Of a stretch of 64,000 nucleotides of DNA, positions 1-13,464 are shown piece after piece. The first letter of the stretch is position 1. Each line of letters begins with the position of its first letter. Under the pieces are notes generated by a model. That model did not search any database, was not told where the DNA came from, and saw only the letters and a list, made by a program, of their open reading frames with translations. The position numbers and the translations under genes were made by a program. Where the stretch lies: contig NC_042997.1 in NCBI RefSeq assembly GCF_006345805.1, positions 37,758,001 through 37,822,000 of the forward strand, in the 5' to 3' direction. Origin of the DNA: Octopus sinensis. Lineage: Eukaryota.

Positions 1-75
1 GTTCATATTCCATGTACTCGTTCTTCGTATTTTTTTGTTGTAATCGTTTCGTGACGTCCTGTGCCCACATATGCA

Positions 76-80
<5 letters not shown>

Positions 81-114
<34 letters not shown>

Positions 115-117
115 TAT

Positions 118-148
<31 letters not shown>

Positions 149-153
149 GATAT

Positions 154-220
<67 letters not shown>

Positions 221-232
221 TATGTGTGTGTG
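81..232. repeat. (TA)n followed by (GATA)n microsatellite
   Basis: Direct reading of the sequence. Confidence 0.95.
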
Positions 233-483
233 TGTATGTTTGGTTGTGTATACGTGTGTACGCATGCGAGCATGTGTGTGTACGGAGTCAACCGACGCGT
301 ATGGACATTAGAGGCATTGTTACCAGCATTATGTGCGAGTTGGTGAAAATACAATGGGCTGCTACTGATGCACTTCCACAACGTATTTCAATATTGTATT
401 GTTCTGTAGCATATATTGTTAGCGTTACTTATTACTTATGGTTTTACAGACTGTCTTGATTACGATAATAATACGCAAGACCA

Positions 484-525
<42 letters not shown>

Positions 526-543
526 GCATAATACATATATATG

Positions 544-575
<32 letters not shown>

Positions 576-2839
576 AATATATATATATACATATAGATGT
601 ATACATATATATGTGTATGTATATGCATATATTCATACATATCTGCCTGCACTCAATCACATACACATACACACACACCACATACATATATTTGTGTGTG
701 TATGTATGTAAATATGAGGGCGAATATATATGTTTACTCCTGTCTTTGTTCAAAAACTACTACGTATATGTATATGCGTAAAAGAAAGGGTGAGAGGGAG
801 AGATTTAGGAAGGGAGAACACGAGAAAGGATGGGATGAAAAAAACCTGTTTACTGCATTTGTGTTCTACCTATTGCTTGTATTAATATGTATTAAATTGA
901 AAATACATTTTTAGTATTTTGTTCAATTTTTGCCCATTAACCTGTAGTTGTTGAACATTTATTATCCGATATGTTTATAAAGGAATGCCTATTTTAAAGT
1001 AATTCTCTTTTGGCAAGAAATATAATATTGTATTAAATAAATATTTTTAAAAAAAAAACAGAAAACAAATTGATGCCGATTTCAAATAATACCAAATATG
1101 TATTTAATGTTTTGAAAGCTTTTGAAGATAGTAAAGTATATTAGTGCATTTATGTCGAATATTCTCGTACGAAGTGGAATAAATTCTCCTATATGAACAT
1201 CGATAGTTACTATTTTGCAATTTCGTTAATATTTCATTGTAAGACAGAAAATATAGAAACAAAGAAAGTATCGAGTGACAAATATTTTATTGTATTTCAA
1301 ATAAAATGCGTCAATTTGTTTATATATTAAAAGCGTTAAAGAAAATTGTAAAAGTTCTGTAATTATCTAATCATTAATATGAAATTGGAGATAAGTTTGT
1401 AGTTTGTTTTTTTTTCGGGTGGTTTTCGTTTAAAATTTCTACAATAATTAATTCCACTGTTTTGTTATACAAAGCAATTTCTCAAAACAATGTTTGAATT
1501 TGTATGGCAATGAATATTACTTGCACTATTCAACAGTCTCAAATTTGTATATATTTCCTGAAATTACATTAGCAGAAAGTTAAGAAGGAAACTTTTCAGA
1601 TATACGCTGAGAAAGCATTAAAGAAAGTAGTTTGCTCTACAATTATTCCCATTGTGCATGATTTATTCATGTCTTTAATATATTGTGCAGTTTTCAAGAA
1701 TTGATATAAACTTGTAAAAGTATCAAGCACAAACTTTTAATATACGATGTGTTTGAAATGAAATATCATCTTCTATGAACTAGTATACACATGTATACGA
1801 ATATCATTGTGTGTGAGCGAATGTGGTTTGTTCATGTGTAAAAAGCTCAGCAACCAATCAATTATGGTACATTGCATTCAATCGAAAACTATAGAAATAT
1901 GTCTCTATCTAGAATTTATTTACTTATAAAATATTCATCTCGCAGTAGAAAGAGTCGACCACTCTTTCAATCAAATGCTTCTGTTTATCCTACAAAATGC
2001 TCGCTACTTCCTAAAGATACTGCTAATTCACTAAGTATAAACAGCAATAAAATATTCTTCAAACCGCTATGGTAATATACTCACTATGGTAATATATTCA
2101 GGCGCTCATATTGACTGAAAGAAAAGATGAGTTTGTAATTAATGGAATAAATTAGATCATTTATCTGCACTATCATCATTGACCAGCAGGTAAATAACAT
2201 AAACATTTGTTCGTCGCACTTCAAAGCATTAATATTACAATACAATTAATATAATGATTCAATTAATACGGTCAGATATATTCATATATTTTTATATTCA
2301 TTTAAAACAGATTTTAGGAAAATACATGCGTGTATCTATTGTTATTGTTGTTAGCCCTAGGACATCTGCAATCCAATAAACCCATGACCAAAGAACTTTT
2401 TATGGTATTTTCCTGTTTGAGCGGAAAGAATTACACATCGTCTAACATATCCTATTCTAGAAGACCCGAGATTTAGCCATTATTATTAGCAAGTCAAGTA
2501 AATACTCTAAGGTTCATATTTTGGCTAATATATTTTTATATGTATATGTGTAGCCACTCTTATGAGTGAGTGGGAGTAAATGTATTTATTAGAAATGCAT
2601 TCGTGAATATTTTGTGTAATTTATATGTGAAATGTTAACCGGTAAACAGATGTTAACCGATAAAGAGGTTTTTTCACTGATTATTTCAATACTAAAATTT
2701 GTTGGTTTGTAAATCTAATCCACATAAAATTAGTGTGTATATCTTTTACACGTGTATCCATTTATATATGCACACTCACACACACATATGTGTGTATTTG
2801 TATGTGTATGTGTGTATGTGTGTGTGTGTGTATATTTTT

Positions 2840-3994
2840 TATTGAAGCATCATTCAGTCAGGTTGATTGCCCGGGCCAGCCTGACTACCTTCTTCCATCC
2901 TTCCCGATCTTCCATTAGTGTTTTTATGTCTTCAACTTCGCATCCAAACACTTCTTCCGTTGTCTTACAGCTGCTTTGGTACAATGATTTAGTGTACACA
3001 TCAAAACACATTACTCACAAGTTCCTCTTTACTCCTCCAGCAGTGGCCAGTAAACTTCAATCTCCTCTCTTGGGTGGTTGATGAGAACGTTGGTACATTC
3101 CCATATAACCGTTGTTTACTTGGGTGCTCCCTCCAAGAGATGTTAAGCACTGCACTTGACATTCTGATGTAGTCTCTTGGTGAGAGTCCGAGTCAGAGAT
3201 CCATATACAAGCACAGATTTAACAATTGTTCTGACAAACTGTCTCTTTAATTTACCTGGTAGGGTTGACTTCCATATTGTTCTAAGACAGTATCTAACTG
3301 CTCAAGCCTTAGCAACCTGCGATTTAATATCTTTTTCAGTGGACACGGTATTGCTGCCTAGGGCGGCGAGCTGGCAGAAACGTTAGAGCACTGGGCGAAA
3401 TGCTTAGCGGTATTTCGTCTGCGTTACGTTGTGAGTTCAAATTCCGCCGAGGTCGACTTTGCCTTTCATCCTTTCGGGGTCGAAAAATTAAGTACCAGTT
3501 ACGCACTGGGGTCGATGTAATCGACTTAATACCTATGTCTGTCCTTGTTTGTCCCCTCTGTGTTTAGCCGCTTGTGGGTAATAAAGAAATAGGTATTGCT
3601 GCCTAGGTAAGTGACATTTTTCAATGGCTTCTATTTTGTTCAGGATGATATAATCCTATGTTACCGGCAGTATTTTCTAGCAGATGGAGTAAACGTTCAG
3701 TATCTCTTGTGTTGCCTTCGAAGAGCGCATTGTCATAATCGGCGTCAGTCAATCAGGTGTCCAGATATCCTCTGCTTCTAGACTTCTGTAAAGTTAAACC
3801 CAGATTATTGAGGCACGTAATACATAAACGAGGCACAGGATGAACGAGTCGGGAAATAGTGTGTCACCCTGCAGTACTCCTGTACGAACATCGAAGAAGA
3901 CAGTATCTCCATTTGGTGACCGCAATTTCGCTCGGGTATTTTTATACAGCATCATTACTGCCTTTATTGTTTCATCAGGGATTCCATATGCCAT
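2840..3994 (-). mobile_element. Degenerate RTE-clade LINE reverse transcriptase fragment, interrupted by a SINE
   Basis: The minus strand gives YGIPDETIKAVMMLYKNTRAKLRSPNGDTVFFDVRTGVLQGDTL (RT QG motif), a degenerate DADYDNAL (YADD region), then YLGSN-VSTEKDIKSQVAKA*A after the SINE is removed. Stops and frameshifts are present. Confidence 0.8.
3363..3591 (+). mobile_element. tRNA-derived SINE, family A (central domain resembling Meta/MESC), with 16-bp TSD
   Basis: A-box-like GCTGGCAGAAACGTTAG, B-box GAGTTCAAATTCC and central GCCTTTCATCCTTTCGGGGTCGA. TSD GGTATTGCTGCCTAGG at 3347-3362 and 3592-3607. Near-identical copy at 29783-30008. Confidence 0.9.
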
Positions 3995-4810
3995 AAATAT
4001 ATGTACATATATATATGTATATACAAATTCGGTATGTGTTGCGTTCCTTTACGGGATAAATTAAAAGAATGTATAAGCAAACGACGTAACGTATACTGAA
4101 TTTAAGTATGAACAGGAATTTAAGTATGAACAGACAGAGGGTCCATAATCCTTCATCAGTTATCGACCAATGGTACTGTTCAGTTTCGCACCTTTAACGA
4201 TAAGACTGAGTGCTTCCCAATTGGCGGTGCACGCAAAATAAAATTTTTCTTGCGTAGAATTAGGGACAAGAGCAAACAAAAAGAAACAAAACAAGCAAAA
4301 CGACACAGAGTGTAATTTAGGACGGTGGAACAAGATACGGCCTTGGGCCAAGGAGACGAGAATAGTGGGTAACGCTTAGAAAATGTTTTGAAGGATGGAG
4401 AACGTTCTCTATGTGCACTTGAAACTGTATTGTCTATTTCAGTATGCACTTACTCATGCACACACATACTCGCACCAATAGGAGCTTTTCTGTTTCGTTC
4501 GGTTGCATATTGCTTTATTTGCATCGATTTATGGGTTGCAAGAATGATTATTTTTTTGTCACATTCTCTTAAATATTTTGTGTGAAGGTTTTGCTTTCGT
4601 TAGATCAGTATACTTAAAATCAAGATTCTTAGCCCTTGAGTGTATATCGTAATTCAATGCAGCTTAGCAAAAATGTGTTTGTCTTTTTTAATTTTTTTTT
4701 TCAGAGGAAACTAGTTCAGTTTTCTTGAAGACAAAGACAAAACATTTTCAACATTTTTAGTGACACAATTAATATCTATAGGGTTTAGAGTACTAAGATA
4801 ATCCATAATA

Positions 4811-5324
4811 CAGTGTTTCCCAACCTTTTTTCCCGGCGCCCCACTTTTTCATAGCAAAAGTTTTTACGCCCCACCTTTTCCCATGTCCACTCACATTTAC
4901 AAGTACATGTGGGCCTACTTACAATTGAAAAAAAATCAAAAATTAAAAAATTGTATTCAAAATACAAAAAAATAGTTTGAGAATTGAAACAACAGGCACT
5001 AAAAGTGCATAACACCCAATAAATCGATAAAATTATTACGATTTCTCATGTTTTTAAAAAATGTCAATTTATAAAGAATAAAGAAACACGTTTTTTCAGT
5101 TCAATTATTTGACGGTCAGCTCGACTAATTTAGTGAGAACCCTGTGCCTGATGCATACAGCACAAGTTTTTAATTTGAGGAGACAACTTTGTTAATTTCA
5201 GTCGTAAATCGCCACGTTTTGTAATCTCAAGCCGGTTTCTCAAGCCCACGTCTATGCCCCGCGCCCCACCTGAATTTTCTCAGGCCCCACCAGTGGGGCG
5301 TACGCCCCACCTTGGGAATCACTG
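4811..5324 (-). mobile_element. Non-autonomous hAT (Charlie/Buster-like) deletion derivative
   Basis: TIRs CAGTGTTTCCCAA / TTGGGAATCACTG and 8-bp TSD CCATAATA (4803-4810, 5325-5332). Minus strand 5240-5130 encodes RNRLEITKRGDLRLKLTKLSPQIKNLCCMHQAQGSH*, typical of the Buster/Charlie transposase C-terminus. Confidence 0.92.
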
Positions 5325-6417
5325 CCATAATAGAAGATATAGCAAAAAGTTCATGAAATTAAAACTAGAGTGCAAAATGTTCTTGGTATCATTCATCTAG
5401 TACTATGTACCCATTGTTAATATTTTCACAATGTTGATTTATTCGAAAGCCAAAGGTTTCTGAATCTTATCAATTAGAATTGTTGGTTTCTTTCAAAATC
5501 AAAAGATTGAAAACCATTTTAAAGATTTATCTTTACAATTAAACAACATTAATTATAGAAAATTTTATTTAGTTGTTGTACTTAATTAAACAATGCTTTG
5601 AAGTCACTTAACTTCTCGTGAATGTTCGTCTTAACATTTACTGCTTTACAACCAGAATTAGGAAATCTTTTCATAACCACTAAAGTGATTTGATCAATGA
5701 TTGCCAGACATAATTTGTCCGCCTAAAATCATTACGGGACATCAAGTAATTGATAGGATGCATTAGTCCGTAACAGAAACTTCACTGTCCGAATGGATTA
5801 TTTAATTAATGTTACCGCCTCATTCTACCGAAGATAATTTCAGATGAATAAACGTACATCAGTATCAAAGTCATAATACTTTGAAAATAAAAGTTGATTA
5901 GAAAATTATTAATATCCTGTTCAATATATGTCATTCATATTGTATTACACTTTGATAATAGGCATATTTGACAAATTTTAAATATATTACATGTTAATTT
6001 CCACTCAGCATATTAATTTCTTCTTCATATATTTCTCATTTAGAGGCCTTTGATATTTTTCCTATTGTTATATTTATAACAATTCTTAGAGTGAACATAT
6101 TACAAGGAATTATATATCCGTTCATAATATCTGTAACTTGGTATTGAGGATAATAATTTACATATCCCCACTTTCCCTTTCTAACACCCTCGTCTTCTGT
6201 TCTAATATAGTCATCTTCGTAGCTATTCCTCTGTTTAATTCTATGTGCTAATATATAGGTGTTATATTACTGCTATGGTTATATAGCTGTGTGCCTTCTT
6301 TTATTCTTGTATCTCAAAGGAATAATACGTCTAGCCACGCATGTATGTACATATTTGCTTACTCATGATACGGATTTTACACCTATACATCTCTATACAT
6401 ATGATTCCCAGTTCTGC

Positions 6418-6450
<33 letters not shown>

Positions 6451-6455
<5 letters not shown>

Positions 6456-6820
6456 TTATATAAATAAGGATAATTATTTATATAAATTTATATATTCGTT
6501 TCGTCATTATATTCACTGCGGTGATATTTTTGACCATATCGCACGAGGAGTTTTAGGTGGGCAATTTAAACTGGCTGTGTGCCTACGTGCATATATACGT
6601 CCGTATAGGTAAGTATTCGTATGTTGTATATATATATTTGTATTTATGTGCTACTTTCTTATGCAGAGCCAGAAATCTGGGATCTGGAATTATCCAGTAA
6701 TTTTTTGCTAGTTTATTTTGTTTTTTGCCTTCTCTTCTTTAATGTGCTTTTTTGCCAAATAGATGTGGCTGCTATTTCCAGCATGGGTGTATCTCTTAGA
6801 TACTCTAAATTATAATTTTA
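6451..6820 (+). mobile_element. (TA)n-embedded element homologous, in opposite orientation, to 35606-36090, with the 5' half of the hammerhead deleted
   Basis: Shares GGGCAATTTAAACTGGC, GACCATATC and GCTATTTC..CATG blocks with the reverse complement of 35606-36090. Keeps GAAATCTGGGATC but lacks the CTGATGA box. Confidence 0.7.
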
Positions 6821-9295
6821 AATATATATATAAGCAGAGCTATACGTGGGCAGGTACAGAAACGCGCGCACGTACACACAAGTAGCCTCACAAGTTAACA
6901 TTCAAACACGCACAAATATTTAAACAGAAAACCTATGGACACCGATATTAAATAAGCAAGACAAAAATCAATGAAACTTAACGCCTGTGCATTTACCAAA
7001 ACACTTGCAATAATACACCCGCTCTCTAATACACATCCTCAAACTTATAAATACAATGAATTTTAGTGTATCTTGTTTGCTTACATCACGATGGCATGTC
7101 ATTGATAAGCTCGTGAATGGAAATAAAATGACACCGGCAAACCAATTGATAGAGTGGTTACTGAAATGACTGGTCGTATATTTGATTAGTTACCTGATTA
7201 ATTAGTTAATTAGCCAAGTATATGGAAGCGAATCATGCATTTGCTTGCTTGCATAGCTTAAATGAACTACCAAAATATACATATATACATTTGCATAGAT
7301 TTATTTTTATATGCGTATATAGATGTATATACGTATATATGAATGCATATATTCACACACACACGCACGCACATACACACACATGCACACATGCATACAT
7401 ACATATAGACGCATATATAAACCAAAAACGTTGTATATTTGTATATTGTATAAAGGAAATGCAGGTGTATATTGTTTGATCGAAATAAAATTTGAGTTTA
7501 TTTTTAGAAACTAGGGTGATCAGATGACTTGTTTTAGACAGAAGAGGCCGGCTTGTGATCACTCTGTTCTCTGTCAGACGATATCTATAATATGAGGCTA
7601 ATTTGCCCTTTCCTTTCGTATCAGTAAAGTCTGTTCTGCATATCTATACGATAATAATCTCGATATAATTTTATAGCAATACTTACTTTTGTGTCCATAG
7701 TTTTTTCCCGTATTTCATTAGGACTATTCACAGAGTAGGAAAAAGCAACCAAATTATTTCGTTACAGAAAGCCAGGACCAATTCTCTATCAGTCATTTAA
7801 TAAGCTGTTAGCTCTTGGTGTACCTCCACAGAATATAAATGTTCTCCCTTACTTAGTAAAGTAGATTTGTTCCGCTTCTGTTTTTTTACGAACATCGAAA
7901 AATCCAACATATAAAGAATCGACACAGCCACGAGATACTTTAAAACTAATCGTTTACCTATTTATTACTTAAAACAAATACGTTATTTGTTTGTTTTTTT
8001 TCTCTTTACTTCAAATTAATTATACTTTTTGCATTACAGATTAATCAATTAACTTTGTAAAATATGAATATATCTCTATGCTTATTCTCAATGCCCCTTC
8101 ACTTTGGTTGATGTGGTAAATTGAAAACTGTTATATTGTATACTTGAATTATTAGCTTAATCCCTGTGCTGTTTAACATCAATAGAATTATGCTCGTAGT
8201 GCAAGTTAAACTTCTGTAACTTCAAAAGCTGTTACGTAATTTAACCTTTTTTAGATTGAACATCGTTCTAAATTTACTTCTGTTTTATAAAATTTCACTT
8301 GAAACGTAATGGCATGCTATATGATGTTGCGTTTTCTTTAGTTTTGTTTTGTTTTGTCAATAATTTGGATGCATACAAGAAAGTATGCTCAAATGTGTAG
8401 AGTGATTGAATATTTTGCCCTATTTCGAGCCTGTAAAGAGATGCCGAAAAGTAAGATTACATTTATCTGTGAACAGGTTAAAGAATTTAGATTTATTGCA
8501 AAAAAAGAAACTGGAGAATAATAACCTTTATGCTTTTTCTGCACTAAGCCGTTGTGATGTAGAAATTGGCAATATGGAAGATATGCAGCTGAAAGCTGTA
8601 ATCGCAGATAAGCATAAAGTTATTACTCATATTTTTGGTATGTCATCATTGTTATCATATTTTTCTACAGCTCGATTAACTCAAGATTACAAAATCATGG
8701 CTGTAGAACTCTGTAAAGTGTAGCATGCTGTGAAGCATAATCTGTTATATAGAAATGTTAGTTGTGGAATAAAAGTAGATAAAGAATTGTTCAGCGACTC
8801 ATTTATGGTGCAAAATGAAACATGAGGGAAAAAACTAAGCCACAAGCTCTATGCTAGAATATCCTAGTACCACCCTCTGTATAAAGCATGTGAATTACAT
8901 AAATGAATATGATTTGATTTTTGAGTAGCAACTAGAACTTTAAATGTAGTACCAACGAAGTGTTTCCCAATAATTCTGATACACTTTCATTTCGAAAAGC
9001 ATTTATAACTTGACGTTTACTGCGATGACAGTTACTAATGAAACAAAAAGCATCAGGGCCTGATCTGAAAAATGTATCTACGCTCACTGCGCACAATGCA
9101 AGATTAAATGATGGAAAGCAGGATTATGTTGATCAAAAATTGGAAATGTCTCGAAAAAGATTATTCCTGCAACTGTCCAATACATATTTGCATAATATCA
9201 CTAAATTTGCTACAGGAAAACTTGTGCTCAAAGACATTTATTTCAGAAATTGTGTGAATTTGAGAATTTTATTTGTAATAAATCATGTCATGTAA

Positions 9296-9298
<3 letters not shown>

Positions 9299-9333
<35 letters not shown>

Positions 9334-9381
9334 TCTCTCTCTTTCTCTTTCTCTTGTCCCTCTCTCTCTCTCTTTTCTCTC
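9299..9381. repeat. (CT)n microsatellite
   Basis: Direct reading of the sequence. Confidence 0.9.
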
Positions 9382-11699
9382 GTATATATAGTCTAACATC
9401 TCAACACCATCTATTGGTCTAACTGCTTTGCCTATTCTACACCCGCTTATCTCATCTATTCATAATGCCGTGACAGCTTTAATTTGGAGAAAAGGCCTTG
9501 ATGTTTTCATATTGAATATCTCCATTCTCTATAACTCCAACACCTGCTACCCCTTTTTCATTTTATCTCCTAAATCATGATGCGTAAATGGGAAGAGATT
9601 GTACTTTGGCAAAATCTACCTGCCTTTTCTGATTTTCCTGTGACTTTGTTCTCTTCAACATGTTCTTTTCTCCTCACGTCTCTCTCCGCTCATATATAAC
9701 GGTGACGCAAATCTGCAACTTTTTCTGCTAAACCTTAGCTTCTCACCATTCTCTCTCACTCACTACTCTCGTTCACTAATCCCCTGGTTACCTCAACCCA
9801 ATTTTCCCTTCATCTGCGATTTTCTACTGTCCTCCTATGTTTTGTTTTCTTAACATACCACTATAACCACTCCTCTACACCTCTGCACTGACTTATCACT
9901 CTGTAACTTACAATCGCATTCACACTACTTTATTTCTGTTTTTCGATGCTAATAATGCCATGATTCTTTCTTTCTCTCTCTGTCTCTCTCTGTATCTCTC
10001 TCTCTCTTTCTCTCTTTTTTCTCTCTCTCTCTCACTCACTCACCAATACACATGTAGTAACACTACAAAGAGCACCTTGAACACTTACAAACTGTCTGAG
10101 CCATACTGTCATAGCAGATGATCCGCACCAACCTATCACTGGGTCCACATGATCAACCCACAGCATTACCATTATATTTTGTTCCCTTCCCCGCCACATT
10201 AATCCCTGGCATTATTCTTCGCTTCCCTTCTTCTCTGTTTCCATTACTCATGCTCTACCTTCTTCTATTGGTTATTCCCCTCAAAATACATCTGTTCATT
10301 TCATCGTGGCATGCGATTTTCGCTTTGCAGGCTGTCTAGCGAGCCTCAACGGTACTGGTACTACTATATTTTGACAGAATACTTAAACACCGAAAAAACC
10401 TAAAACATTATTTGCTGCGTTTATTTGAGAAGAAGTGACATACAACCCCTTGAAAATGCTTTGGGTTTGAAGTAAATGCCTTTGAATTATTGAAGATTTA
10501 GTTCTTGTTCCTCTGTCACACCTTTCAATTATTCCCAGACACATTTGAACGAATACAAGCGAAATCATTTAACACAATTTCGTTTCACCGAACCAAGGTG
10601 TTTCAGCATATAAGCTATTAGCAGAAATTGAAATCAAATTTTAATGAAAGACACTTTTATTCTTTTTTTTCTTGGCAATGATCTGCAATCTTAACTAGCT
10701 TATCCATGAGCCATGTGACAAATGTGTAACAGATTTCATTGTTGTCTCTGAAAGAACCATAAAGAAAATAAGCGGCAAGTATTACTTCTCTGAAAACAAC
10801 TTTCAAAATAAATTGCCGAAACTTACAATAATTATAAGAGACATATATGCTGGAGAATCATGTGATTCAGTCGAAGGTCAGTAACGACCAGGATATTAAT
10901 ATATATGAATTAAATGAAGCATATGGGAGAGTAAGGGTAATTTTCAATACTCGTGAGATGTGTAGAAAACCACAATGTAGAACGTTGTCCTACGCGATGA
11001 TAAATTTTAGGCACCTTTCACAAACATAAGCGCTTGTATTTGCTCTATTCCATGCATCACCCTGAATTAGTAGTTCCAATGATGACCTTTGTATGGAGAA
11101 ATGAAAACAAGCATGTACAAGTGGACACCGTCGAACTAAAGATTCAAATATTTAACAGTTTCTCTGAAAATTGTCCAGATCTGTACAAATCACTCGTGGG
11201 CAATAGAAAACCCTTGGAGATGACAAGTAAAGGTTTTACAAATCAATTACATCATGTAAAAAGTAGACATTTATTTCAGGTGAATTAAAATTAAAATTGA
11301 ATATAAACATTTAGGATCTTTCACACAAAGTGTATAGAATGCATATTGACAGTCATATCGATGCTGCTTTAGAGAGTAAATTGTGAAATGTTACTTTGAT
11401 GTCAAATACACGTAGTAATAAATCTATCTCCAGCGGATTAAAAAAGAAGAAAAAGCTCACGTTCCATTTATATGAAACTAAAGGATTAGACTATGGCAGC
11501 ATTTACTAGATAAAATAGCGGGAGATAACCTACTTGCCCTGAAGACAATCGAGGAAATAAAGGATGATAAATTTGAAATAAATAAATAAATAAATAAAAT
11601 GAATACAAATAAAACTAACGCAGAGTAACAATTATTTGGAGACGATAAAAAAAACCACAATACAATTAAAGACATAGATACACGGTACAGCTGTTGATA

Positions 11700-12043
11700 A
11701 TGTTGCACAAAACTGTATGAAATATTAAAATTTCAAACACAAAAGCCGGAAAAATATTCACGAACGCAAATATGAACTGCAGTCAGTTAAATTTTTAATT
11801 ACTGTAACAAATGCAGAAATAGAAGAAATATATTTAGGTCAGACTGGAAATGCACTATCAGAACGTTCACGTGAGCACCGACGGCAAATCAGATATCCAG
11901 TTGTCTGTCAGTTACTTTTGAGTAATCATCTAGCAACATGTGGTCGGAAAATATTTATATTTCCATTCTACAAACTACACAGTCCAAATGAAATTGAGAG
12001 AAATAACTTTATTAATAAATTCCAACCCAAGCTAAATAAATAA
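11700..12043 (+). mobile_element. Penelope-like element remnant, GIY-YIG endonuclease C-terminus
   Basis: 11822-12043 reads EEIYLGQTGNALSERSREHRRQIRYPVVCQLLLSNHLATCGRKIFIFPFYKLHSPNEIERNNFINKFQPKLNK*. This has YIG-like YLGQTG, R..EH, H...C and a terminal FI..F.P.LN. An NMNCS motif lies upstream in a shifted frame. Confidence 0.8.
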
Positions 12044-12185
12044 TAATACTAATATTTAGAGGTACTATTTCTTCTTCTACGACCACTACAACTAACAACA
12101 ATAACAACAATACTAAAGGTGCTTGTGATGACAATAGCTATGTCAAGAGGAAAGTCAGTAAAAATCATCTTATTTTGGTGTTTAA

Positions 12186-12405
12186 CCCTTTAGTGTTCAG
12201 ATTACTCTGTTAAATGTAATACTTTTTCACTCAAATTGTTTTGAATTAATCATGCATTATCTTACAGCTTTGAGGTTTCAATGATGTGAATATTTATTTT
12301 TTGAATGTCAATGTAGGTTAGGTTTGAGGGGCTAAATATGGCCAGTTTGATTATAAAACATATAGAATATTTGGGCCAGATATGGCCGGTTTAAACACTA
12401 AAGGG
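12186..12405. mobile_element. piggyBac-type MITE
   Basis: 12-bp TIRs CCCTTTAGTGTT / AACACTAAAGGG, flanked by TTAA (12182-12185) and TTAC (12406-12409, a mutated TTAA). Confidence 0.75.
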
Positions 12406-12994
12406 TTACCACAGCTACTCATACCACCACCATCACCACCGCCGCTAACAACAGCAACAATAACAATAACAAAGGAGGTGATAATTGTGATGATGAAAAT
12501 TGAAATGTAAAATTCCCTGGGAAATGTCGTTTACAACGTTAATAAAGATAACCCAACAATTGCTGCTTTGGCCAGGGTCAAATCCAGGTCTCTTGACATG
12601 TTCAACAAACCGTGACGCCTAAACCAAACACCAATCAGCTTAAGTAATTCTGATGGGTCAGAATACAGTTTGCTAAAATTAACATTCTGGAGCCTGTACC
12701 TATACAAATGTATTTAAGGCACACAGCTTAGCCATCTCGCTACAGTTGAAAATTGTAAAACAAAACTGTCACCATTACAACATGAATCCGAAGATTTCAT
12801 AACTTAATGCAAAAAAATACTAGCTTAATCAGAATGGATATTTAATATTCTATCATTTCATTATATTATCTTATATTATATTATTATAAGATTGTAAATA
12901 AAACGTGACAATCAGACAAAGTTGGAATTTCTTTCAGTAACATCTGTGTGTGTGTGTGCATACACATATGTATGTGTGTATGTTTGTGTTTGTG

Positions 12995-13034
<40 letters not shown>

Positions 13035-13091
13035 GTGTGTGTGTGTGTGTGTGCATATATAGTGATATATATATATATATATATATATACA

Positions 13092-13464
13092 TACTCTTTT
13101 ACTCTTTTACTTGTTTCAGTCATTTGACTGTGACCATGCTGGAGCACGGCCTTTAGTCGAGCAAATCGACCCCAGGACCATTTCTTTGTAAGCCTAGTAC
13201 TTATTCTATCGGTCTCTGTTACCGAACCGCTAAGTTACGTGGATGTAAGCACACCAACATCGATTGTCAAGCGGAAACAAAACAAAACACACACAAACAT
13301 ATACACACACGTACATATAAATATACATATATACGACGGGCTTCTTTCAGTTTCCGCCTACCAAATCCACTCACAAGACTTTGGTCGGCCCGAGTCTATA
13401 GGAGAAGACACTTGTCCAAGGTGCCACGCGGTTGGTAAGTAGGCTACTTACCACACAGCCACTC
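13092..13464 (-). mobile_element. tRNA-derived SINE, family B (CORE-like)
   Basis: Reverse complement of the family head GAGTGGCTGTGTGGTAAG, CORE-like GCACCTTGG.CAAGTGTCTT and (GTAAAAGA)n tail. Internal deletion in the tRNA head. Confidence 0.88.

Noticed and set aside
8406-9295. ORFs of 105 and 85 aa as possible host exons
   Set aside because: No recognisable domain or convincing splice structure, and the lengths are compatible with chance.
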